A stretch of 57,249 nt of DNA from Thermoplasmatota archaeon (lineage in GTDB: Archaea > Thermoplasmatota > E2 > JACPAO01 > JAHFTW01): positions 1 through 57,249 of the forward strand of contig JBMZJT010000004.1 in the NCBI GenBank assembly GCA_049617695.1. The letters are read 5' to 3'. Each line of letters begins with the position of its first letter. Position 1 is the stretch's first letter. This document shows positions 16,822-26,406 of the stretch, piece after piece. The notes under the pieces are model-generated. The model was not told the origin of the DNA. It searched no databases and was given only the letters and a program-made list of their open reading frames with translations. The position numbers and the translations under genes are program-made.

Positions 16822-18108
16822 TCACCAATCGGCTTGGAAGGCGATGCGGTACGTCGCTTCCACGAGGGTGCGGGGCGTGATGTTGCTCCATTGCGGAGTC
16901 AGTGCCGTGAGGTGCGCATGGTGCTCCGGGGTGAGGATGGCCTCCTGCCCCTCGTGGACGATGAGGCCATCTTGATCGACGAGGCGGACTTGGCCACTCG
17001 TGTGGACGCGGTAATCGACGAACGACCATCCGGGCTGCAGCTTGAAGGTTGGGCCCGAACACCAGCCATCGACCATCGGCCCACATTGCCATGCGTGCTC
17101 GCCGACGTCGTCGACGCTGAAGGTATAGCCTTGTGAGACATTCAGGGCACCTCGCAGCTGCATCTCCAGGCGGTATTGGCCGGGTGCTTCGATCTGAGCC
17201 ATGATGGAGGGGCCGTCCTGCATGTAGAATGACGAAGCGCCGCGTTGCTGGAATCTCCATTCGATGGCTTCGACAAGGCGCCAGGGGTCGTTCCAGGGCA
17301 CATAGGCGAAGATGCGCCCTGGGACGCGGATGTCACCGTAGGCGCTGAACCAGCCGAATTCGACGTCGCCTTCGATGCTACGATTGTGCGCGACAATGTG
17401 CGTGGGCTCATCCACCGCGACGACGTCCATCGGTGCGGGGCGTTGATCTCGAGATTCCAGGATCCAGTGGCGCGTCCATTCGGTACTTTGGTAAGCTTCC
17501 GACTCCCAGATTGTGGTGCGCCAGGCCACGACGAGCTGGAGGCCCATGTCGTATCGCATCGTATCTCGTCGCTCAAGGACGCCATCCTTGCGGTGTTCTG
17601 TCTCGATGATGTGGACGTCGCGCTCGACACCGAGCACCTCTTGCGTTTCGACGTTGACGACGCGGCTTGTGATGTCCGTGTCCCGTTGGAGCAGGGGGCC
17701 AGAACCTGTGGTCCAACTGGCGCCGGGCCGCATGTCGTCTTGCGTCCACGGATGGGCTTCGCCACTGCGGGTCAAATCACGAAGCGTCATGCGCGTCCAC
17801 AGTTCGCGGGCGTCGCCGTCGAGTTCGTCCCAGGAGCGTTGCAAGAGCACCGTAGCCACGCCGTTGGTGACATCCGTGACGTACCAATCCAGGACGACCG
17901 GCCCCGTTGGGTACGGTTGGATGCCTTCGACCGTGTGGTCCGTGCGTTCGATGAGTTCCGTATAGCGAAGATGATCGCCGGCAGCCCACATGGGCGTCGT
18001 CTCGATGAGTTGGGCTTGCTCCGGCCCGGTTTGGACGGAGCCGCCGGCAAAGAAGTAGGCCGCGGCTCCGGACAGGAGAAGCACTGCGACACCCACCGCC
18101 ACCTTCAC
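16822..18108 (-). CDS. exported or membrane-anchored hypothetical protein (428 aa, GTG start)
   Basis: N-terminal hydrophobic KVAVGVAVLLLSGAAAYFFAGG followed by W/D/E-rich soluble sequence. No family recognised. Confidence 0.65.
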   Translation of the reverse strand: MKVAVGVAVLLLSGAAAYFFAGGSVQTGPEQAQLIETTPMWAAGDHLRYTELIERTDHTVEGIQPYPTGPVVLDWYVTDVTNGVATVLLQRSWDELDGDARELWTRMTLRDLTRSGEAHPWTQDDMRPGASWTTGSGPLLQRDTDITSRVVNVETQEVLGVERDVHIIETEHRKDGVLERRDTMRYDMGLQLVVAWRTTIWESEAYQSTEWTRHWILESRDQRPAPMDVVAVDEPTHIVAHNRSIEGDVEFGWFSAYGDIRVPGRIFAYVPWNDPWRLVEAIEWRFQQRGASSFYMQDGPSIMAQIEAPGQYRLEMQLRGALNVSQGYTFSVDDVGEHAWQCGPMVDGWCSGPTFKLQPGWSFVDYRVHTSGQVRLVDQDGLIVHEGQEAILTPEHHAHLTALTPQWSNITPRTLVEATYRIAFQADW

Positions 18109-18161
18109 AACCGTGAGCCCGTTGGAGCTGCCTTGAAGCTACCGGCTGCGACGGTGAAGCT

Positions 18162-19142
18162 TCAGTTGTGAATCTTGCGCCGGGCTTCCGTGACGACCTT
18201 GAGCATGCGTTGGTCGTCGACCTCGAAGTGCTTGTAGAGCTCCTCGGGGGTGCCACTGGTGGTGAAGCGGCTGACACCGATGCGGCGCAGGGGTGCGGGA
18301 ATGCCACTGTCAGCGATGCATTCAGCGACGGCGGTGCCGAGGCCGTTGTTGCGGAAGTGGTCTTCGGCGGTGACGACGTAGCCACAGTGGCGGGCCATCT
18401 TCTGGACCAGGTGTTCGTCAATGGGTTTGACGCTGGCCATGTTGATGACGGCGACGCTGAGGTCTTGCTTGGCGGCTTCGGCGGCGACTTCCAAGGCGAT
18501 GTTGACGTGGGGGCCGTTGGCAATCAGGGCCACGTCGTCGCCGTCGCGCATGATCTCGCCCTTGCCCCATTCGAAGGTGTAGTCTTCATCGTGGAGCACG
18601 GGCACAGCGGCGCGGGTGCTGCGCATGTAGGCGGGGCCTTGGTGTTGGTACATGGCAAAGACCGCGCCGGCGGCTTCGACGGCGTCGCCGGGGACGACGA
18701 CGTTCATGTTGGGCAGGGTGCGCATGACGCCGACGTCTTCGAGGGCGTGGGCGCTGCTGCCGTCTTGACCGGTCATGAGGCCGCCGTGGCTGCCGCAGAA
18801 CTTGACGTTCAGGTTCTGGCGGGCCACACAGTTGCGAATCTGTTCCCAGCCGCGTTGCAGGAACGTGGCGAAGGTGGATGCGAAGGGGACTTTGCCCATG
18901 TGGGCCATGCCGGCGGCCGTGACGACCATGTCTTGCTCGGCGATGCCCATCTGGACGAAGCGGTCGGGGTACTTGTCCTGGAACCAGTTGCTGCGGGTGC
19001 TGCCGGCCAGGTCGGCGTCCAGGGCGACGACATCGTCGAATTGTTCGCCCACGGCGAGTAGGCCTTTGCCGTAACCGTCGCGGATGGCGATCTTGTCGCC
19101 GACTTTCCAGCCTTCTTTGGTGAGTTGTGTTGCGACGCCCAT
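18162..19142 (-). CDS. transketolase, C-terminal (pyrimidine-binding) subunit
   Basis: Typical split archaeal transketolase: FQDKYPDRFVQMGIAEQDMV and GSHGGLMTGQDGSSAHALEDV. Confidence 0.92.
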   Translation of the reverse strand: MGVATQLTKEGWKVGDKIAIRDGYGKGLLAVGEQFDDVVALDADLAGSTRSNWFQDKYPDRFVQMGIAEQDMVVTAAGMAHMGKVPFASTFATFLQRGWEQIRNCVARQNLNVKFCGSHGGLMTGQDGSSAHALEDVGVMRTLPNMNVVVPGDAVEAAGAVFAMYQHQGPAYMRSTRAAVPVLHDEDYTFEWGKGEIMRDGDDVALIANGPHVNIALEVAAEAAKQDLSVAVINMASVKPIDEHLVQKMARHCGYVVTAEDHFRNNGLGTAVAECIADSGIPAPLRRIGVSRFTTSGTPEELYKHFEVDDQRMLKVVTEARRKIHN

Positions 19143-20050
19143 TAGGCTGCCTCCCAGGTTTCTCCGAGTTCTTCCATGGCGAGCTTCATTTCGTCGGGCT
19201 TGAGGGCGCGACCGTGGAAGTCTGCCTTGCCTTCCATGAAGCTGACGCCGCCGCCTTTCTTGGTGTCAAAGACGATGCAGACGGGCTTGCCGGTGACTTG
19301 GGCGGCTTCGTCGTAGGCGGCTTCAATGGCATTCATGTCGTGGCCGTCGGCGCTGATGACGTGCCAGCCGAACGCGGCGAATTTGTCTGCGACGGGTTCG
19401 ATGTTCTTGACGTCCGTGCAGGGGCCGTCGATTTGGACCTTGTTCCAGTCAACGATGCACCAGACGTTGTCGAGCTTGTAGTGGGGCGCCGTCATGGCAG
19501 ACTCCCAGATGTTGCCTTCTTGCAATTCGCCGTCGCCCAGGACGCAGATGGCGCGGCCTTTGCGTCCATCCATGCGCTTGGCCAGGGCGCAGCCAATGGC
19601 ATAGCCAAGGCCCATGCCGAGGCTGCCCGTGCTCATCTCGATTCCGGGGATCTTGCGGTCCACGTGGCCTTGCAGGAGGCCGCCGAGGCGGCGCAGGCGA
19701 CGGAACTCCTTCTTGTCGTAGTAGCCCAGTTCGCCCAGAATGGCGTACAGGCCGGGGGCGCAGTGGCCCTTGCTCAAGACGAAGACGTCACGATCCGGGT
19801 CGTCGACACGCTCCGGACTCATGGCGAGATGGTTGTGGTACAGGCTCACCAGGAAGTCCTGCATGCTGAAGCTGCCACCGGGGTGGCCACTGCCGGCATC
19901 GTAGGTCATGTTCAGGACCGCCACGCGGGCTTTGCGGGCGATCTCCTGGAGTTCCTCGACGGGCTTTCGTTGGACGGTGACCCCGGTCACGTGGCGGCCG
20001 ACCCCAGGCGGCATCAAAACCCCTTGGGCGCCAAGGGCCTCGATGTGCAT
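19142..20050 (-). CDS. transketolase, N-terminal (TPP-binding) subunit
   Basis: SGHPGGSFS and GDGELQEGNIWE motifs. Stop TAA shares one nt with the ATG of the C-terminal subunit. Confidence 0.92.
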   Translation of the reverse strand: MHIEALGAQGVLMPPGVGRHVTGVTVQRKPVEELQEIARKARVAVLNMTYDAGSGHPGGSFSMQDFLVSLYHNHLAMSPERVDDPDRDVFVLSKGHCAPGLYAILGELGYYDKKEFRRLRRLGGLLQGHVDRKIPGIEMSTGSLGMGLGYAIGCALAKRMDGRKGRAICVLGDGELQEGNIWESAMTAPHYKLDNVWCIVDWNKVQIDGPCTDVKNIEPVADKFAAFGWHVISADGHDMNAIEAAYDEAAQVTGKPVCIVFDTKKGGGVSFMEGKADFHGRALKPDEMKLAMEELGETWEAA

Positions 20051-20094
20051 GCTGCGGCGAAAAAACCCTTAAGGCTCCAGCCCACCCGCACATC

Positions 20095-20913
20095 ATGGAC
20101 CTCCGCATGATGACCGGGCTGCTCCTTCTGAGCGTGGCCCTGGCCGGCTGCAGCGGCGACGACGACAAAGGACCCTCCGCCGAGGAGCAGTGCGCCATCG
20201 ATGCGCGCCTCTGGACCGGCACGGAGTGCATCGACCACACCGAACCCCACATGATGGTCGATGGGCTGCCCGAAACGGCGTCTGCTTTCCTGACCTACAA
20301 CTTCAACTGGACCCTGGACAACGGCACGTATCCGAGTGGCAACGGCGAAGTCCACTCCATGTACAGCACCCTCATCGGTGTCACCGACGGCACCGTGCCC
20401 GACAACACCACCGACGCCGAAACCGCCGGCATTGGCACCGAATTGGTCACCAAGACCCACCAGAACCTCCCCGTGGACCTCGCGGGCGAATTCTCCTGGG
20501 ACGTCGCGGACGAAACCGTCGCGGTTTGGGGCTACATGCGCATCGACGGAGAACACGTCTGGGAACTCATCCAGGAAGTCTCCGTCATCACCCCGCCATC
20601 CACCGGCGAGACGACGACCGTGGCCATCAGCCTCGATCCCGCTGCAGGCGGCATCGTCCATGACGGTGGCGAAGTGGCGATTGGCCTTGGCGACGGTGTC
20701 GCGTTCAACAACGGCGCGGCCTACGAGTACGTCATCGACCTGAGCGACTGCGGCGCCGGCACCATCACCGTGGCGGCCTCCAGCACGAGCAACCCCATCG
20801 AATTCTTCGAACCCCAGAACTGCGACTGGACCGGATCCAGCCCGCTCGGCGCCAACGGTGCCCCGGCCGACCCCGGCGAAATCAGCGGTTCCATCCGCGT
20901 TCGGGCCGAGTGA
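20095..20913 (+). CDS. lipoprotein, hypothetical
   Basis: MDLRMMTGLLLLSVALAGCSGDDD lipobox and an acidic T/D/G-rich body. The minus ORF 20014..20925 is its shadow. Confidence 0.7.
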   Translation: MDLRMMTGLLLLSVALAGCSGDDDKGPSAEEQCAIDARLWTGTECIDHTEPHMMVDGLPETASAFLTYNFNWTLDNGTYPSGNGEVHSMYSTLIGVTDGTVPDNTTDAETAGIGTELVTKTHQNLPVDLAGEFSWDVADETVAVWGYMRIDGEHVWELIQEVSVITPPSTGETTTVAISLDPAAGGIVHDGGEVAIGLGDGVAFNNGAAYEYVIDLSDCGAGTITVAASSTSNPIEFFEPQNCDWTGSSPLGANGAPADPGEISGSIRVRAE

Positions 20914-21725
20914 TGTACCACGCACCGCTGGTCTCCTGCGAGACGCTCTTTGAGAACCTCGACGACCCGCGGTGGGTCATCTTCGACTGCCGACACGACT
21001 TGATGGACGCCGATGCTGGCCCGACGGCCTTCGGCAAGGGCCACATCCCCGGCGCCCATCATGCCCACATCGACCGCGACCTGGCAGGGCCGGTTGGCAA
21101 CGGCAGCAAAGGCCGCCACCCCCTGCCGATTCCCGGTGCCTTCCTGCGCTTCCTACGCACCCATGGCGTCAACCAAGACAGCCAAGTCGTGTGCTACGAC
21201 GACGCAGGCGGCATGTGGGCGGGGCGACTCTGGTGGCTGCTACGGCATTATGGCCACCCCAATGTGGCCGTCCTGGATGGCGGCTTGACCCGCTGGCGCC
21301 AACTCGATTTGCCGCTCAGCACCCAACACACGGCAACCAGGGAAGGCGACTTTGCCGGCGAGCCCGGCCACATGCCGACCCGCAGCGCGGACGATTTGCT
21401 TGATGCACCCGCAATCGTCGACAGCCGCGCTGCCGAGCGATTCCAAGGAGAGGAGCCGATCGACCCCGTCGGCGGCCACGTGCCTGGCGCCGTCAATCTG
21501 CCCTTTGGCGCGAATCTGCTCGACGGCATGTTCCTGAGCCCCGATGAATTGGCGGCGCGCTTCCAGGATGTCCCGGACGAGGCCGCATTCTACTGTGGCA
21601 GCGGTGTCACGGCCGCACACAACGTCTTGGCCATGGAAGTGGCGGGCCGTGAAACGCCGGCGCTCTATCCTGGCAGCTGGTCGGAGTGGTGCCAGCCGGC
21701 AGCGGGACGCCCCATCGAGCGCTAG
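20913..21725 (+). CDS. sseA: 3-mercaptopyruvate/thiosulfate sulfurtransferase (tandem rhodanese)
   Basis: Two rhodanese domains with active-site loop CGSGVTAAH. Alternative GTG 20910 (GTGA overlap). Confidence 0.88.
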   Translation: MYHAPLVSCETLFENLDDPRWVIFDCRHDLMDADAGPTAFGKGHIPGAHHAHIDRDLAGPVGNGSKGRHPLPIPGAFLRFLRTHGVNQDSQVVCYDDAGGMWAGRLWWLLRHYGHPNVAVLDGGLTRWRQLDLPLSTQHTATREGDFAGEPGHMPTRSADDLLDAPAIVDSRAAERFQGEEPIDPVGGHVPGAVNLPFGANLLDGMFLSPDELAARFQDVPDEAAFYCGSGVTAAHNVLAMEVAGRETPALYPGSWSEWCQPAAGRPIER

Positions 21726-22273
21726 AATCCAGCGCCTTCGAGCAAGTTGCCCACGCCGGCGAGCGCCATGATGACCAGGATGAACCAGGCGGCCTGGAAA
21801 ATGGCACCCAGCACAATGCCGGTGATGGCCATGCCTTTGCCCTTGAGATCGGGTTTGTCATCCCGGTTCTTGGATTCCTTGATCTGACCCAGGCCGATGA
21901 GGCCGAACATGATGGCGACGATGCCGGCCGGCGGCACAAAAAACGCCAGGCCCAACACGAGGGCGGCAATGGCGCTGCGACTGGTCTCGGATTCCAATTC
22001 TTGCCCCGGTTCCGCGATGCGTTCTTGGTACGGGGTGAAACTGCCCTGCGAGGCTTGCACTTGGCGAACTGGCGCCACGCCGGGCACGCGACCGCCGTGG
22101 AAACCGCAGGCCGGACAGGACACAATGGAGCCTGGCTGGCCGTCGAACGCCGTGGTGCAATCGGGACAGATGAGCTGGACCAACGACCGGCTGACGGCGC
22201 CGGGGCTTTGAAGGCGCTTCGGTGAACGCGTCGAATCGTTCAAGCAATGCAGCCTAAACGGTTTAGAGGGCAC
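21722..22273 (-). CDS. zinc-ribbon plus DUF4190-like membrane protein
   Basis: CPDC...CPAC ribbon, then two glycine-rich TM helices (IAALVLGLAFFV..., ITGIVLGAIFQAAWFILVIMAL). Start uncertain: GTG 22273, or TTG 22183 giving (M)VQLICPDC. Confidence 0.65.
   Translation of the reverse strand: MPSKPFRLHCLNDSTRSPKRLQSPGAVSRSLVQLICPDCTTAFDGQPGSIVSCPACGFHGGRVPGVAPVRQVQASQGSFTPYQERIAEPGQELESETSRSAIAALVLGLAFFVPPAGIVAIMFGLIGLGQIKESKNRDDKPDLKGKGMAITGIVLGAIFQAAWFILVIMALAGVGNLLEGAGF
22254..22266. promoter_or_regulatory. 13-nt palindrome CTAAACGGTTTAG, possible bidirectional TATA or operator
   Basis: Perfect palindrome and the only AT-rich patch between divergent genes. The GTTTAG arm is centred about 30 nt upstream of ATG 22294. 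Confidence 0.35.
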
Positions 22274-22293
22274 CCCGGGGTCATCGCGGTGCT

Positions 22294-23655
22294 ATGGGTT
22301 CGGCGCCTGCATCACCGGGAGGAAAAGGGTGGATCACCGCCCGACCTCCGATGGACGGCCCGACCCGTCTGCGCATCTTCCTTGGGAGCTTCCTGATCCT
22401 GTTTGCCCTCGTGGCGAGCATGGCGTTGGTGAGCCTGATGGTGGTGGACCCCGAAAGTCGGGAAACCGGCGAAGGCGGCAACGCCCCGGGCCAGATTTTC
22501 CAACCAACGGACAACCCGCAGCCGACGGACGGCAATTCGACGCAGGAAGAAGACGGCGAAGAAGAACAGAAGCGCAATCCCTGCAAGACGGGGCGATCAA
22601 TCACGAAGAGCAGCGCCATCGTGACGACCATCATGTCACTGCTGTTGTGGATTCTCGCCGTCTGGTGGCGCCAGGCGCGTCAGACGCGGGCGTTCAATGG
22701 TTGGGCCATCGCAGCCATCGTGTTCACGCTGCTGGCAATCACCCTGTTCTTTGCATGGTACATCGTTGACAAGATCTGCAGCCTCCGGGTGACGGACCTG
22801 GATACGTGTCGCGAGATTGCCAGCAACCTCTTGGCGACCTTCATTGGCTTCCTCATACCGACCATTGGTCTGCTCGCATTTGCCATCGTGCGCAAGCGCC
22901 AGGGACATCCGTTCTTGGGGCTGTGGTCCGGCGCCGGCTTCGTGTTCCTGTACATCACTGTCATGGCGTTGGCCGGCCATCTTGTGGCGGACGACATCTG
23001 TGACAAATACTTCCGGCAACCCGACATTGACCTCGGCGGCAATGGCGGCGATGACCCCGGAGATCCGGGGGACCCAGGCTCTGGCGATCCAGGCGACCCC
23101 GGGCAACCCAGCCCAACGAATGGGCCAACCAGTGGACCATCGGGTCCAAGTGATCCCGGCAGAGGCGGCGGATCGACCGCCAGCCCGGGCGGCAACCAAG
23201 GGGGCGGACCCCAGCTCGTCGGCGTGCCCCAGATCAGCCCCGTCGCGCTCCTTGTCATCATGGCCGTCGCGGCCGTCGTCGTCATCATCGTGCTGGCCCT
23301 GCGAGGTGGCCCCGGCGCTGGCGGCATGGGCCGCGCCGCCGTGCCCGCCGTCGAAGACCGCGCCCAACTGCTGGCCTTGATGGGTCGCACCGATCTCAAG
23401 AGCCGCGACAAAGTCGTCGCTGCGTACCGCACGTTCCTGAGTTGGAGTGCCATGCGTGGCATCGAAAAGCAGCCCACAGAAACGCCTCATGAACACGCCC
23501 GTCGGGCGGTTTCCGAATTGGGCCTCCCCGCCGATGACACCATGGCACTGGCCAATGCGTACAGCCAAACCCGCCTCGGCGACGTGGAGCCACCAACCAG
23601 CCTGCGCCAACGCGTCATCAACTGGGTCCGTGGCATCGACCGGAGGGCCCCGTGA
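22294..23655 (+). CDS. polytopic membrane protein with C-terminal DUF4129-like domain
   Basis: About 6 TM helices, a (GDP)n/PSG low-complexity linker, and a C-terminus KVVAAYRTFLSWSAMRGIEKQPTETPHEHARRAV...ANAYSQTRLGD resembling DUF4129. Confidence 0.72.
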   Translation: MGSAPASPGGKGWITARPPMDGPTRLRIFLGSFLILFALVASMALVSLMVVDPESRETGEGGNAPGQIFQPTDNPQPTDGNSTQEEDGEEEQKRNPCKTGRSITKSSAIVTTIMSLLLWILAVWWRQARQTRAFNGWAIAAIVFTLLAITLFFAWYIVDKICSLRVTDLDTCREIASNLLATFIGFLIPTIGLLAFAIVRKRQGHPFLGLWSGAGFVFLYITVMALAGHLVADDICDKYFRQPDIDLGGNGGDDPGDPGDPGSGDPGDPGQPSPTNGPTSGPSGPSDPGRGGGSTASPGGNQGGGPQLVGVPQISPVALLVIMAVAAVVVIIVLALRGGPGAGGMGRAAVPAVEDRAQLLALMGRTDLKSRDKVVAAYRTFLSWSAMRGIEKQPTETPHEHARRAVSELGLPADDTMALANAYSQTRLGDVEPPTSLRQRVINWVRGIDRRAP

Positions 23656-24161
23656 GCGCCCTGGCCGCCACCCTGATCGGCATCGCCACGGGCGTCGTCG
23701 TGCTCGTCGTCTGGCGCAAAGTCGGCAAGGACGACGTCGGCACCCCACCCCTGCGACCCAGTCCCGACGGCGTCCAAGGCAAGGTGGCCTACTGGCTCGA
23801 CGAAACCGCCCCGCTGCGTGCACCCCGCCCGCCAAACAAGCCCCGCAAGCGTGGCAAAGCCGACCCGGAGTCTCCTGCCGGCCGCGCCTTGGCCGCGATG
23901 CTGCGCGCCGAAATGGTGCGCCATCGCATGGGCCCCGAAGCCGCCCACGAACACCTTCTGGCGCGCAGCCCAGGACCCGTCAGCCACGCCTTCCTGACCG
24001 GCCGCATGCGCCGCGCCATGATCCTCCACACCCGTAGCCAATACGCCGGGCCGCCGGCGCTCTTTTGGCCGTGGTTTGCTCTCATCGCGATGGTGCGCTT
24101 TGGCCGCCGTCGCCTCTACCTTGATACTGTCACACACGCCGTGAAAGAGATGCGCTCATGA
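23652..24161 (+). CDS. single-pass membrane protein, hypothetical
   Basis: GTG start overlapping the previous stop (GTGA). TM helix ALAATLIGIATGVVVLVVW and a basic cytoplasmic part. Confidence 0.55.
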   Translation: MSALAATLIGIATGVVVLVVWRKVGKDDVGTPPLRPSPDGVQGKVAYWLDETAPLRAPRPPNKPRKRGKADPESPAGRALAAMLRAEMVRHRMGPEAAHEHLLARSPGPVSHAFLTGRMRRAMILHTRSQYAGPPALFWPWFALIAMVRFGRRRLYLDTVTHAVKEMRS

Positions 24162-25132
24162 CCCTGACCAAGACCCAGACCCAGAATGCTGCCAAGGTGG
24201 CCACCGCCATCCTCGATGAGACCCAGAAAGTCATCGTGGGCAAGACCGAGAGCATCAAGCATGCCACCTACGGCCTCCTGGCCGGCGGCCACTGCATCTT
24301 CGAGGACGTGCCCGGCTTGGCCAAAACGATGCTCGTCAAGACCTTGGCACGTGTCACGGGCTTGGATTTCCATCGCATCCAGTTCACGCCCGACTTGCTC
24401 CCCGCCGACATCTCCGGCTCCTACATTTACAACATGAAGGACCAGAAATTCGAGCTGCGCAAGGGCCCGATTTTTGCCCAAATTGTCCTGGCCGACGAGC
24501 TGAACCGCGCGCCGCCCAAGACGCAAAGTGCGCTGCTCGAAGCGATGCAGGAAAAGCAGGTTACCTTGGAAGGCACGACCCACAAGCTGCCGCAGCCGTT
24601 CTTCGTCTACGCCACGCAGAACCCCATCGAAAGCGAAGGTGTCTACAGCCTCCCGGAAGCCGAACTGGACCGGTTCATGATGCGCATCAGCATGGGCTAC
24701 CCCAGCGTCGACGAGGAAGTGCATGTCCTGGATCGCATTGAGAACTGGGACGGCAGCGATCCGCAAATCAAGGCCGTCGCGACGCCCACCAAGCTGCGCG
24801 ACGTCCAGAAAACGGTCCGCCACGTCTTCGTTCACCCCGACTTGAAGCAATACATCGTCCAGATCGTCCACGCCACCCGTGCCGACGCACGCGTCCTGCA
24901 CGGCAGCAGCCCCCGTGGCAGCATCGCCGTCATGGCCCTGTGCAAGGCCGCCGCCATCATGGACGGCCGCAGTCACGCCATCGACGATGACGTCAAAGAA
25001 GTGGCCAAGATTGCCTTGTCCCACCGCATCATCCTGCGCCCCGAAGCCCAGGCCCGCGGCGCCACGCCTGAAGAAGTCGTGGATCAAGCCCTGGCCACCG
25101 TGCCCACGCCCAAGGTACCCCGCGTCGGCTGA
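24158..25132 (+). CDS. MoxR-family AAA+ ATPase
   Basis: Walker A-region LLAGGHCIFEDVPGLAKT, Walker B ILADELNRAPPKTQSALLEAMQE, and RFMMRISMGYP. ATGA overlap upstream. Confidence 0.93.
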   Translation: MTLTKTQTQNAAKVATAILDETQKVIVGKTESIKHATYGLLAGGHCIFEDVPGLAKTMLVKTLARVTGLDFHRIQFTPDLLPADISGSYIYNMKDQKFELRKGPIFAQIVLADELNRAPPKTQSALLEAMQEKQVTLEGTTHKLPQPFFVYATQNPIESEGVYSLPEAELDRFMMRISMGYPSVDEEVHVLDRIENWDGSDPQIKAVATPTKLRDVQKTVRHVFVHPDLKQYIVQIVHATRADARVLHGSSPRGSIAVMALCKAAAIMDGRSHAIDDDVKEVAKIALSHRIILRPEAQARGATPEEVVDQALATVPTPKVPRVG

Positions 25133-26406
25133 TGGCACTCATTGCGACGCGCCGCACCCTCCACGTCCTGCTCCTGATGGGACTCGCCGCAACGGCAGCG
25201 GTCAGCGTCGCCTCTTGGGTGCCCGCCACGGCACTCATTCCGCTGCTGGGCATGGTGCTCTTTGGCCTGCTCGAAGTGCTGCTTCCCATGCCGACATGGG
25301 CCGTGCGCCACGTCGGGGGCAGCGGCATCATGCTGCGCAAGGACGAGAACGACGTCGAAGTCCACCTCGGCTTCTGCGTCATGCCTTACAACCTCACGAT
25401 CAAGGAGGATTTGCCCGACGGCCTGGAGGTCAAGCCGCACAGCCAGAAGCCGGTGCGCATCGTCAAAGAAAGTCTGCGCGACGGCAAATACACCATGATG
25501 CACGGCGGCTACACGTTGCAAGCGATTCGCCGTGGCGACTGGGATTTGGGCCCCTGCCGGGTTGTGCGCACGAGCATCCTCGGCCTCTTCGAGCGCCGCG
25601 TCGATCTGCCCACCAGCACCCGCGCTATGGTCATGCCCGTCACGGCGGACCAACACGGCATGCGGCTCAAGGCGCGGCCCTTGATTCCGGAAGGCGTTCC
25701 AACGCATACCAAGCGACGCGGCGCCGGCGACACGTTCTACGCGCTGCGTGAATTCATGGCCGGCGATAGCCTGAGCGACGTGAACTGGAAGGCCACGCCG
25801 ATTGCCAACGAATTCCTGCCCGACGAACCGGCGCGCTACCTCATCTACCTCGATTGCCGCGAATTTGGCGCCGAGAAGGGCAAGGAAGACGCCTTCGAGC
25901 GGACGCTGGAACTTGGCGGCGCCCTCGTGGAGGGATTGTTCGGCGCCCACGCGCACGTCGGCCTCGTGCTCTTGGCTTACAAGACGGAATTCAAGGTGCC
26001 CGCCGGCGGCCTGGTCCATCAAGGCAAGGTCCAACAAATGATTCTCGGCGCCGAACCCGGCAAAGAAGCGCCGCTGCTGCCGATGGTCGAAGCGGGCGCA
26101 CCTCACTTACCACGGCGTTGCGGCGCCATTCTCGTCACGCCGAATCTGTACGAGCCGACCCTGCAGCAGACCCTCACGTTCCTGCGTGCCCACCACGGCC
26201 ACGTCATGCTCTTGGTGCCTGGATTCCCAGAGCCCATCGAGGAGAAGCGTGCAGCCGAACGCACAGCAGGCACCCTGCTCAACGCCGATCAAGCCGCCGT
26301 GCTGGCCGACCTGGTGCCCTACACCCAAGGCGCCGCCCAATGGACGCCCGACTCGGACATCGCGACCACGCTCAGTGAACTGGGCCTCGTCGGAGGCGGC
26401 CGATGA
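25132..26406 (+). CDS. DUF58 domain protein (MoxR partner)
   Basis: N-terminal TM pair and LREFMAGDSLSDVNWKATP, the DUF58 signature. TGATG overlap with MoxR. Confidence 0.85.
   Translation: MALIATRRTLHVLLLMGLAATAAVSVASWVPATALIPLLGMVLFGLLEVLLPMPTWAVRHVGGSGIMLRKDENDVEVHLGFCVMPYNLTIKEDLPDGLEVKPHSQKPVRIVKESLRDGKYTMMHGGYTLQAIRRGDWDLGPCRVVRTSILGLFERRVDLPTSTRAMVMPVTADQHGMRLKARPLIPEGVPTHTKRRGAGDTFYALREFMAGDSLSDVNWKATPIANEFLPDEPARYLIYLDCREFGAEKGKEDAFERTLELGGALVEGLFGAHAHVGLVLLAYKTEFKVPAGGLVHQGKVQQMILGAEPGKEAPLLPMVEAGAPHLPRRCGAILVTPNLYEPTLQQTLTFLRAHHGHVMLLVPGFPEPIEEKRAAERTAGTLLNADQAAVLADLVPYTQGAAQWTPDSDIATTLSELGLVGGGR

Noticed and set aside
16418-17260. 280-aa minus ORF spanning both tRNA genes
   Set aside because: Overlaps tRNA-Leu and tRNA-Ser, and has an R/P-rich shadow composition.
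20014-20925. 303-aa minus ORF
   Set aside because: Shadow of the lipoprotein gene 20095..20913, which has a lipobox and protein-like composition.
23040-23200. Tandem-like DNA repeat in 22294..23655 (GAYCCNGGN units)
   Set aside because: It encodes a (GDP)n/PSG low-complexity linker inside a CDS. This is a coding low-complexity region, not an independent repeat element.
24116-26106. Minus ORFs 24116..25138 and 25084..26106 (340 aa each)
   Set aside because: Antisense to the MoxR and DUF58 genes, which have clear motifs.
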